In this document: positions 23,633 to 34,919 of the stretch, piece after piece
Layout: every line of letters starts with the position of its first letter
Numbering within the stretch: the stretch's first letter is position 1
NCBI GenBank assembly: GCA_036172245.1
Contig: JAYWIR010000080.1
Location: 248,001 to 312,000 of the forward strand
From: Raillietiella orientalis
Lineage: Eukaryota
Length of the DNA stretch: 64,000 bases
Direction of reading: 5' to 3'
Made by a program: the position numbers and the translations under genes
Notes under the pieces: generated by a model
Seen by the model: only the letters and a program-made list of their open reading frames with translations
Database searches by the model: none
Told to the model about the DNA's origin: nothing

Positions 23633-26600
23633 TCAGTAGCGATATTTTGTGGAATAATCTTTGGGAGACACAACCAAACCTCGCCCTTTTCTTGCACCCC
23701 GATATACTGTTTCGATTATATCCACCATTTCTTGCTTATCTTCCAATGCCCAATTGATCTTGTTGTTGTTCCCTGTCCCCAAATCTATCATGATGTGTTT
23801 ATTTCGGAAGAAAAACATGACTGTGCATGGATCATACAATTCATACCTAAAGGCACGCATAATAGATTGTAAACATTGCTTTGGTACATTTACATTTTGT
23901 TGAAATCAGGAACTTCTGAAATATCCACCAAATAAATGACAGAAAAATTCTTGACTTTTTCTGCAATGCTAAAGAGTACTTCATCCATTTTCATACATGT
24001 TGGGTCCCAATCATGTCCAAATCTGATGACCTGAAAAGAAAATTCCATGAAGGGCGACCATTAGTTAGACTTTGTTGTATTCACAACTATGTATGGGATG
24101 TCATAAAAATACACCTTACCTTGAAAGCAACTTTCATTGCTTTTAATAGAGACATTAGGTTCAAGTTACATGAAGAAGAAAAAAGATTCATCAGGTAGTT
24201 AATTTGAAAATAAAAGATAGGAGATCTAAACAGAAAACTTAAAGTGCATGATGGGCAACAATTGTTACCGAATTTTAGCATCATATTTAATCAAGAAATA
24301 AATGAGACAAATAGCAAACAACCTCATGAATAACTAGACAGTATTACATTAAATATCCAGAACAAGGAAAAACTGCTTCAATTTGTGTACAGTTATCAAT
24401 TTTTACTGCACAGAAATTTTGCAAAGGGTTTTAATACCAAGAGTTCAGCCTTTAAAACTTTGTAACACACTGTACCATCTGTAACTAAAATTTACAGGGA
24501 GAAAGGCTCAGGTGTTTCTACAAACACTATTTTAATTTGCATCTGCATGATTTTTCTTACCATATCCCATTCAATGGGAATGGCAGGAAAGCTATCTCAT
24601 ACCAGTCGATAATCTTATTTTTAGTATTCCACAGTTTTCTTGATCTAATATGTTTAAAAACGCAATTACATTAGAACCCTCTTCTGATTCGATGCTATCC
24701 ACATCTGCAATATTTAGATTTTTGTTAGCAAGCAATTCTCACACATTTCTTCCTTGGGGATCCAAGGAAGAAATCTTCCATTTCTTCCTTCAACTGCTGT
24801 TACTAAATAAATTATACTGGATTCAACAAAGAAAATGATGAGATGTGCACAGAAAATTACAAGACATTCTAAAGGACGAACACTTATGTGTTAAAAACAT
24901 TAATAAAATAGTTTGTCCACAGTTAAGGAAGTGGTATAGAAAAAAAATGCAACACGGACTGTTACCATTGTCTGCCTGTATCTATTTGAACGAATCTTCA
25001 AGTTGAAATGCAGATAAGATGTATAGGAACTACTGTGTATAAACAACAAAAACAAAAACACTCATCATCATATCTGTGCAAAAGAGTTCAACAACAATAA
25101 ATCCACAAAAACAGACGAAAATCTTGAAAAACAGTTAACCCTAAATCAATTGTGAAGCATATAAACTGCAAAGTAGAAGATCAAACAAATACATTGCACA
25201 TATATGTATACATTGCACATTTTGTGTTCTAGCTTGCATGTATACATTGCATGACAATGTAAAATATGATTGCAAACCATGCAAATGAATGACTTATGTA
25301 TGAGATACATTACAATTTCTAAATATCATACAAAAGCCATGAATTTTGATGAATAAATAATTGCAAACCATCATAAACATACTAAAGCATTATCTCAATA
25401 CGAAATCAATTCCTTTAGATAGTAGGCAATAAAAACAATTCAACAGTAAGAGATGGTCCACATAATTACAGCTGTGCAAAACTCAATCTCAAAAGTTGAT
25501 TCATATAGTTACTCAAATTATCAGTCATTTTTCATGTATGCAAGAAAAAAAAATTACAAACAAACAAGATTCTGTGAAAGATGCATTTTCAGTATGGAAA
25601 TAAGTTCCCATTACATTACCAACTACAACAAATTTCTAAGAACGACGTGGGCAAGCAAACGTTTCTTTTCAAACCTATCAAGATGCAAAGATTCTAGCAT
25701 AAAAGGGAACAAACTGCTCCCATCTTTACTTCCAGAACCGAAAAATCTTATAAATCCAAAAAAATCATGTACTTTGGGCAATCATATGTCAAAAACTGTG
25801 TTGGAAAAAATATACCATGTGTGGATATATACTTGTATGTACATGCATACATGGTGTATATTAATATTCTTTGCCGAACATGGTATATACAATATGTACA
25901 ATAAACTATGCAGCAATCTCATATGACTACACTCCTTACTTTCAAATGGAAGTTGAAAGGATTTTTGCTTGGATTGACAGGAATAGAAGGTTATCAAAGG
26001 AATATGATTCGCTTACAACATGTATAATGCACAATATGGCCTGCACACACTTTTATCTTTACCTCTGATCTTAGTATTTTTGATTTCTACTGCTCGAGAT
26101 CTGTGGGTAAACAACAACAAAAACAAAAACACTCATCATCATATCTGTGCAGAAAAGCTCAAAAAACAAAAAATCCACAAAAACATAAGAAAATCTTGAA
26201 AAACAGTTACATTCATTTAAACAGCAAAGAAAGAACAATTTTCAATACAGTATTTCAACTGTCTTAATTCCTAATGTCTAAGAAAGAAGAAAAAAACTGA
26301 TAAGAAATAAGCAAATTGCCATTAACAATTAACACAGATGTAAAATACATTATTCAACTATCATAAAAAGACTGCTACTCTTAAGTGATTTACAAATGTG
26401 TAACTGAAAAGTCATAGATAAAAGACAAGCTGACTTTTTATGGCATATAAAAAAGAAAAAGAAAAACAAGTCAGTAGATGAATGAAAATGAAAATCACCA
26501 GGTTATGATACAAAGTGCTGATGAATACCCGATTTACAGTTTTAAAGGGCAGTTTTATTAGTCACATAGAATTTGTTAAGTATATTTGATTTCATAAACT

Positions 26601-27510
26601 AAATTTCAAGATGCAAGTAGTTTCAATTTGGCATAAAACCATGGAGACCTTAATCTTCAATTGATACTTTAGTAAAGCAACACAGAGATCACTGTGCACA
26701 TTTGGCCAAAACATATCATACCGGAATGAATTTTTAATGAAATGGCAACATGAAAGAGCAGTGCTTTTTATTTTTGCAGTGCTTATTTCACAAATGAAAG
26801 AGCAGTGCTTATCAGTTTTTGTGAATGACCCCAAACTCCATTTTTACACAAAAATCATGTAAAGAATTAAATCATGTGTGAAGAATTAATTATACATAAA
26901 TACTTTAATTCAGAGAGCACTTACTTCCTGAGAAAGTTTCCCAGCTTAAAAACAGTTATCAGATAAAAAATACTTTCATAACAACCATTTCACAGTCTGC
27001 AATAAATGCATTTATTTTTTGTTAAAAATTGATATCACATAAATTTGAGATAATTAATAAGAATTCTAAAACAATACAATACTTAGCAATTCTAAACAAT
27101 CAATACTTAGCATCCATTACGTTAAATTACAAACTGCATGAGAATTCATTCAAAATAAATGAACATTCCAATAATCAGTTAAAACAGTCTTTTTCTTACA
27201 TTTATAAGCACATATTAAATATAAAAAATACACTAATTAATATTGGTAACATCAACATCAAAACAAAGTGTTCACCAAATCTATGATTATATTAACTTTG
27301 GAATCAAGAATAATCGAAATCTATTCATATACCCATGTATGTAATGTTATGCATACATACACACATGCACACACTGGTGTGAAAACAATGAAAATTCGAT
27401 TCGCACCACAAATTAAGTACCCTTCTACTAACCACTACTCTGTCCTCTTCACTTAGAATTGCCTGGTCAACCTGCCAACCATTATGCAAATGTTGTAACA
27501 TATAACTCAT
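23633..27510 (-). CDS. TXNL4A: DIM1 / thioredoxin-like U5 snRNP 15-kDa protein, 142 aa
   Basis: Exons: 27510-27433 (MSYMLQHLHNGWQVDQAILSEEDRVV), 24030-23894 (VIRFGHDWDPTCMKMDE...) and 23846-23633 (YELYDPCTVMFFFRNKH...SPKDYSTKYRY*). Total 429 nt; nearly identical to the canonical DIM1 sequence. Confidence 0.97.
24745..24774. repeat. Perfect 13-bp-stem hairpin in DIM1 intron 1
   Basis: atttcttccttgg-ggat-ccaaggaagaaat, with a third arm copy (atttcttcctt) at 24780-24790. Confidence 0.8.
25033..25137. repeat. ~105-bp duplicated segment in DIM1 intron 1, copy A
   Basis: ctgtg..aaacaacaaaaacaaaaacactcatcatcatatctgtgca...atccacaaaaaca...aaaatcttgaaaaacagtta is shared with 26101-26209. Confidence 0.9.
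25944..26021 (+). mobile_element. Short fragment of a bacterial IS5-family transposase (Wolbachia ISWpi1-like C-terminus)
   Basis: 25952-26020 translates VERIFAWIDRNRRLSKEYDSLTT, preceded by a TGG (W) one base out of frame. This matches the IS5 motif RWxVERxFAWxxxxRRLxKxY. The Wolbachia assignment is from memory of the sequence, not a search. Confidence 0.75.
26101..26209. repeat. ~105-bp duplicated segment in DIM1 intron 1, copy B
   Basis: Direct copy of 25033-25137. Confidence 0.9.
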
Positions 27511-28199
27511 TTTGACAAATTATTTTTTTAAGGTTACTCAGTTGCCAACAGTGAATCTAAAAATAAAACAATTCAATCTTTCATAAAAATAGTCAGGATA
27601 ATAAAAGTCTCAAAAACACATAAATAAAAACTACTTTGAATCCTGGTAATCAATTACTTTATCATTAAGTGCAATGCTCTCAGCCCGCTAAGGGATGAAG
27701 GGTACTAAATGTCAAAATAAACACACTGGATTGCAAGCTTTCTTGGATCGCACTACTATAACATAATAAAGTATATTGGAAATTATATGGACTTCATTGC
27801 ACACTACTTAAAGGAAACCGCTATTTTTAAACTGATGAGTTACAGTAACAGTTGTACAACACTGAGGGTCTCTTCATGGGATTGTTCCTTTTTGTGTGTG
27901 ATTTTTTTTTCGTTAGTCTACGTTATTGCTCATACACGTAAGAGTAGCATTTTAACACAATTTAATATTAATGGATACAAAAGAATGAAGAGCACTTAAA
28001 CAACAAAAACTACCCCACATGTGAAGAATTTAATAGACTACTAATTACAGCAAAACCGGAAAATTCAGTCAACACAAATACTTCTTTTTGTACTTTATTT
28101 TTAAGGCTGATTGTAAGCATCAAGACTTTAGCTGATAGCGATTCAAATGTATTTGGAACATCTTCAAATGCCAGGTAATATTCAAAATATATGGAATAT

Positions 28200-29120
28200 T
28201 CAAAGTACATAATTCGGCTTCGTAAATGACTTTTCGTTTATAAATACGATCGGATTATTTGAGTTTACGGACGTCATATTGTACGATTTTTAAAAATCAA
28301 ATCGATGTGCCATGAAGCGCATTTCAATGATTTTTTTTTTTTTTTTTGCCTGGTGCTTTCTGAAGAACTTAAATTTATGCCGAGATGTTTTCAATCCTCT
28401 CCTACTTTAAATACAAAACTGAACACTTGAGTACTGAGAATATAAAGGCTTCATGCGGAAAACACACATTTTCAGGACGGTAGGAAATTCCGTGTACGGG
28501 TCGTTCGATACACTTATTCAGATATAATAACGAGCCCGCCGGATTCCAGTAAACCGGTGATTACTGATATTGGTGATGAATTAATTCACAATCGGAGTGT
28601 TGTCGTCACTTTCAAGAAACTCGGAGAAACCCAACCCCGCTTGTTAGGATTTCGGCTTCATTTGGAGTTCCTCGAAAAGTGTGGCATTTCACACGAAAAT
28701 CCCATACTTTCGGAAACCAATTCAAATTCAAACGGGGAAACAGATGCAACATTCTGTGCCGGAAAAGCAACACCTTATACACTGGTGCGAATACATTGCA
28801 TTGTGTACGTGCATGCAAAAACTTACATTTATGGACAGAAACGTAAATAGGGGTTGGAAGCTCAGAAGGTCGGGTGAAATGTGGACCGCGGTAAAACAGA
28901 ATTGGCACTTCAATACTTTTTATTTGTCGGTGCAATCGGATGAAAAGCTTTGATCTCGTTTGGAATAATTTTTGCAGCACCAGCAGTCATGAGTAATTAA
29001 TCGCAGTCAGCAAACTGGAGTTAATTACTACCTTCTCGCTATTTATTCTCGCCCGATTAGATTTTACTTCATCGGATTGCCATTACCCTGAAATGAAAAT
29101 GACACCGTAATTGGATCCCA
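28200..29120 (-). promoter_or_regulatory. Probable promoter / non-coding leader region for DIM1 (and possibly PP2C)
   Basis: CpGs reappear abruptly here after the CpG-poor gene bodies. The DIM1 ATG exon starts at an acceptor (ttttatttttag, exon start 27556). There is a candidate minus-strand donor gtaagt at ~28821-28826. Inference only. Confidence 0.35.
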
Positions 29121-32100
29121 CGTATAAAGAAAATGCCCTACCTTGATTCATGGGTAATATACAGGTATTTCAAAATGTTAAAAAAAAAAAACTGATGCAT
29201 TTTGAATATGCATGCAGTTTCAAACGGTCTTTTGTATCTGAGAAAGTACCAGAGGAAACATGTCAATCATTACCTATGAATGCAACTGTATGATTTTGGA
29301 AAATTGAGCAATAAAAATGCTCATTTGAAAACCATGAATAATCTTTGAAAAAGCGACGCCAATAAATTTCCCATTCCTTGGTAAGCTATTCTCCATTTAG
29401 GCTTTCATACTACGTCCAAGTTTTTAAGTGATAGCTCGATCATATGCTACAATTTAATTGATTATTTTCAAAGTGGAATTTCTTTTACTCCGGATGCGAA
29501 AGAAGTCTTTCCGTTTTCATCAAGTGTTCTGAGCAGTGTTTAACGTAGTAAAACGATGAATACTGCTGAAACTGGTTGCTGTGTAGTCCATGAGGGAAAA
29601 TTCGAAGCAGCCACAAAAACAGCCAGTCATGGAACAGAGGTCATATAAGGCGAAACAAGAGATAAAATGAATAGTCTTGGTCATAATAAACCCAATGCAA
29701 TTTTAAACTCCAGAAAACAGAAATTTAAATGAACTGTGATTTTTTTTTTTGTTGTTGCATACTTGCCCGTTCCCTTAACCTTCTTTTTGCACATATGACT
29801 ATGCATATTGACTCTTAATTAAATTGGTTTGAGTTTTCTTACATTTTATTTTATTTTTTTGCACGTCGAATGTTTCCCGAATTTGTCTCTAATTGAACAA
29901 ACAACTATTTGTTTTCATCCAGTAGTTAGTATAATTTTTTGATTCACTTCCTCTTTTATTTTTTCATTTCCCTGAGGAAAGTGTCTTCATCGAAATTATC
30001 CACCATTTGGAGCTTCAGTTACGATTATAAGTGAACTCTCATTAGTTGCTTGAATCCTAATGAAAATTTTAATGTCATCATATCATTCATAATGTCTGGA
30101 TCATATACACATACATGTTTCCAAGATCACACATACAGGGTATGAATGACATGTACACCTTATGTGCGCATACTGTAGATACTGGACACCGAATTTTTAG
30201 AGTATTTCACTGATTCCATACATTGAATGTCCAAAGGGAGATCGGTGAGGACTGCTCGTAGACTCGCATGTTGTTGAATATAATCTGTAAGGATGTGAAG
30301 ATATACATAACGTAATTTCATAGCAGACAAGCAAGAAATTAAAAGTTTCAGCATATGCACAGCAAACGCTTGACAGTATTTTATATTATTTATTAAGGTA
30401 GCTCCTCTCCAGTAGGGCTTCAATAAAGAGCAGCAAACAGAGCCCAGGCGAAGAAGCATGATGGATAAATTCATTTGGAGGAAGTTCTAGGCGCCAAAAA
30501 GTTAGCAGCTCGACAAGCTATTCCAAAAGCAGGCCAGCAATTCTGATGGATGAAGGACAGAGTAGAAAACAATACTGAACGGTTTAACACAATGATAAAG
30601 AGCAGCAAACACATCAGCGCTGCTTGAAGTGTTTCGGAACTTTATACCAATCAAGAAGCGGAACATAAGATTATTATAGAACATAGGAGACCCTGGATTT
30701 AAAAGTATGAGGGCACAATGGATACAACAATTTTTCATAGGAAATAAACTGAAGCAAGAGCATGCTTGCATGCGACATCTGCAGAGACGGAGAGAGAAAG
30801 AAGAAGCAGTTCCGGAGAAGAAAATCACGGATGACAACACACAGATTCCCCAATTCTGTCCGTTCGTGGCAGTCGGAGGGGAAATATTCGCGGTTGCGGA
30901 AGCTCTGCATTTAAGTTTGACCGAGTACCGGTAAAATAGTTCAGCGGTCTTGGGCGCCTGTGCTCGCTCATTTTCGTCTGAAAGGAAGAATCACAAGCAA
31001 TAAGTACCCGATACAGTGAAATGTCATGGGATAAGCCAGCGGTTCGATCTACAAGTCGAGGAAAGCACTCGAACAACTTTGCTACATTTGCAGTGCGCAG
31101 CCTCATACTTCTCAAGCACCACTCAGACGCCAGGAGAACTGAAGTTCAAGTGTTGCAATATCCATCACAGTTGTCACCATGCGTCCCGTTTGCTCTCATG
31201 AAGGATGAGTTGAGAGGTAAATGCTATCCAGGCTGTGAAGCAGTAAAAAAAGAAAAAAAAGAGAAGCAGTTCAAGGCTTGCCGAATTTTGCACGCATGAA
31301 GATGTTGGCGGAAAAACCGACCGAGTGACACCTGAAAGTTTTCTATAACATTAGAAACTGAAAACTTCGATCTCTGCTACAAAACTGCAGTCTTTGCAGC
31401 TTGAATACCACGTTCAAGAATAAATTAAAATCTCTGAGTCAATTCAGGTTAAGTAGTCGGGAATGTTTTGCAAAGAATTGCGAACTCCAATAACTGTAAA
31501 AACCCAAACACTTCAATGGTTTATTGCAATCTGGACAACCTTGCAAGCATCCTGGAGACGCAGAAAGCAAACGGTCGAGAATGACGGTTCCTGAGTATGA
31601 AAAAGGCATAAAATGAAAAAGGGAGAGCGCAAAATGGAAAAATCCAGAGATGAAAAAGCATCGGAAACGTTGGGAGGTTTGTAAGAAGAAGTGCACTGAC
31701 GTTACATCTGGCATTTCTTCCAAATGTGTGTGTCTACCTGGAACCAGAATATGCATAATGTAACCGTGGTTACAGACTTGATGTATTGGAAGCACCATTA
31801 TGGGAAGCATCTATTTTCTTGGACAGACTGAGTTTTGTGTTTATTATCAGAACAGCCTGATGACAGAAGTTGCTCTGAAAGCAATTTCGATTGTTCCAAG
31901 TCATGCCAATCACATAGGTTACTTTTACTGAACACTGCCATCATCACCTTAACTTCATGAGGTTGTAACCGTTTTTTGGTTTCTACCTGAAGTTTCCTAG
32001 AATCCAGGTTTCAAAGCTGCAATTCCCGTTTCGACTCAACTGAGTTGTTCCGAGGCACATATTTGCGAGTTGGTGAAGCAGTTCTACTTTGGCCATTGCT

Positions 32101-32415
32101 GTACTCTTGGTTCTTGTTGAACGAGAGAATGGAACGTCTCATCATCATTTGTTTGCGTGCTCAGTGAGGTCTGGGAACGAAGGGTAGGGGGAATCAAAAT
32201 AGCAACTAGGTGGGCATTTGAGAGAAACACTGTTCCCAAAAAGCTGCTTTAGTGAATCTTTGGGCTGCTTCCAACTTAGTCTTAGGCATCCACTCACACT
32301 TCATAAATGTCTTTATTCTTTAACAACGTGCCATTAATAGGACGGAGTTGGGTTAATTCTCAATCTATAGAGTGTAAGGTGTGTTTTACACACGTTTTTC
32401 TCTCGAGAAAATTAA

Positions 32416-33050
32416 CCCTTTGAGAGCTGTGGACGCATCTATGCGTCTGGCAAATGTTTTTACCTTATACTCGCGACATAAGTTAACACTATCAGTGTTT
32501 GAGATGGGCACGTACGCTTACGTTCTCATAATTACCTTAGCAACGACAGTAAACAAAATTCTATTTTTATCTGTTGACTGTTCGTTTTTCTCGGTGTCGT
32601 GTAGAATTTATTATACTTTTTTATCTTTGTGATATCTTAAAAATGTCGGATAATTTTGAAGAGATTATTACAAGAGACGACAGTGGATGGAGAAGGTGAA
32701 GCGTCGGATCCGAATGGAGAATACGACGATGAAAGTGAGAGAATATGCTTTTCATCGTCATCGGATTCCGAAGATGTGAAAAGCATTATAGGTAATAGAA
32801 TAGCCAAATATACATACAAAATTCATGTTTGGGAAAAAATTGGGAAAAAATTCATGTTTGCGAAAAACGGAACTATTTTATTTAGTGTGGTGTAAATAAA
32901 CAATTACAACAGTGACCTTAAATCAGCACTTTAAGTAGTCAATGAGTACCTCGATGGAGCACGCGGTACGCGAAAAAGCGTTTCGTGTCGGCGGCACGCG
33001 AGTCGCCGACACGCAACGTCTCCATCCGATGAGCTCCGCACCGAAAAGGG
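32416..33050 (+). mobile_element. Non-autonomous piggyBac-type element (MITE), copy 2
   Basis: TTAA at 32412-32415 and 33051-33054; CCCTTT...AAAGGG termini; colinear with the reverse complement of 185-829. Confidence 0.9.
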
Positions 33051-33379
33051 TTAACGAGCAAATTATCTTTGATGCCTCGTTGAATGAAACTCTTTTTGTC
33101 GTTGGATTAATTATCAGGTTCCCATTTCTCACTTCGAGTTCAATTCACTATTCTTGTACAGTATTGATTTGGTTTTCTTTATTTTAGCTTTCCTAGTTTC
33201 AAAGCAGATAATTTCCTAGTTTTGATTTTCACACGTGAATATTGCATTCTTTCGTTTTCTACTGCCATTTTCTCAAAAACTTTTGTTCTCTTCAGAAAGA
33301 ACTTCAATCAAGCAGAAGAAAGTCCACAGAACGAAATGTTCGGATCTGGAAAGCAAAGCAGGGAACATAAACGACGAAG

Positions 33380-33780
33380 GCCATAGAGTGTTCTCAAAAA
33401 CGGAGGTCATTAGAGATCTTGGTGATAAAGTTGAAAGAAATTCTAAAATAAAGTATGCACACATGAAAAGCGAAACGTAGCTGCAATGAGGCAGTGAACC
33501 TTGAGCATAAACGTCAAAGCAAAAGAGTCTGATCCAAGGGAAACCGATCATGCCTATAAATCTGGAAGATCTGAGGTAGGAAAAGGAAAGGTTTTGAGTA
33601 GCTTGTAAGAAAATGTACTATCAATTAACTACGGAATTGATCAAGAGAGCACAGGAGACGGAGTATGGAAAGCCGAAAGATACTAGAACGGCTCCTTAGA
33701 GATTCCTCAACTCGAACCTTTTTACTTACATCTTTTCAGGAGAAAAGATATAATCATTGCGCAGATTGAAAGCTCAGCAG
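33380..33780 (+). mobile_element. Degraded CR1/L2-like LINE 3' remnant
   Basis: EVIRDLGDKVERNSKIKYAHM resembles xxRDLGVxxDxxLxFxxHI; an ERL-like motif occurs further downstream. Confidence 0.3.
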
Positions 33781-34919
33781 ATGATGTTCGAGCAGGTAAG
33801 CTGACTGCAGACAGGAATGTTTTACCACAAAATACAGCATTTGTTTGCTTTACAAAATGAGCAACAGAAAAATCTCGAGAAGCTAAAGTTATAAAGTTGC
33901 GAAACTGTGCTTGAGTTCTCTGTGTCTGTTATCGCTGAAACGACAAATCAGCGCCTGCACGCAAATTTTTCCTTTCACTTCAGTAGAGTCGTAGGGCGTA
34001 ATTTAATCCAAGCTTAATCCATTTCCCCTAAGCATCCATCACCCTCTGAAATGGAAAGGCTCCCGATTCGGGTCATCATCGAAGAATCATCGGAATTTCT
34101 AAATCAAAACTATCATTAATCATCAAGTAGTTACAAAAGAGAAATAACAGCTTTCTATGTTTTTTCGCCTTTCTCAGCTCCTTCCCAGCTCGTTTGTGAA
34201 AAAAAGGGGGGGGGGGGAAAGGAGGTCCAAAGAGGTACACAGAAAGCTAGGATTGCTGAGCAGCAATACCAAGCCAAAGTGGGGTGCTGAGCTGAGTTCG
34301 AGAAATCAACTCTTTCACATAGAAGATCATCATGCCTAGTTTCCGCATGAGTGGCGTGCACAGGCTTATTAATTTTGAGAAAATTCCTGAAGAAGTGGAT
34401 GGTGCCGTAATTTGGCATCAGCTCACTGAGAGAACGTATGGTTTGAACAATTCCTCCATCTTTCTTTCGCATCTTGAAACCCGAAGAACTCGTTTGCGCC
34501 GCAGTGGTCTCCGCATTGCATGTCTACACGAAACTTCTGCTGCTCCGAAGATGGTCTCCCTTGGCTGGAATCCTTTCCAAACGATATAGTCCTTAAAAAC
34601 ACAGACGGCAGGAGCAAATTCAGAAAGCACCATGCAGCGATTCTTCATGGAAAATCTATAAGCGTCTGTTGGCTACAGAACAAATGCTATAAATGAGAAT
34701 TTTAGAACGCATTGTAAAGTAGGGGAGTTTAACCAAATTAGTCTTGGCATCGTTGAAAAAACGCACGCAGAGATAAAAATCCCAATTTTATTTCCATGAT
34801 CACGGTACTCACCTTAAAACCCTCCACCTTTAAACCTTCGACACAACTCTCGTTGCAAGAATAGGAAAGCACACCTTACATCGGGTATCCCTCCTCAATC
34901 ATGGTTCATGATGAGTCGC

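Noticed and set aside
25062..25071. Box C-like ATGATGA in both duplicated intron segments (possible C/D snoRNA)
   Set aside because: I found no box D CTGA or terminal stem at a suitable distance; the downstream sequence is a polypyrimidine tract and acceptor.
30160..31200. Possible LINE RT remnant (WIQQFF etc.); similar traces at ~5250-5470, ~56180-56240 and ~63420
   Set aside because: The motifs are too degenerate to support a call without an HMM search.
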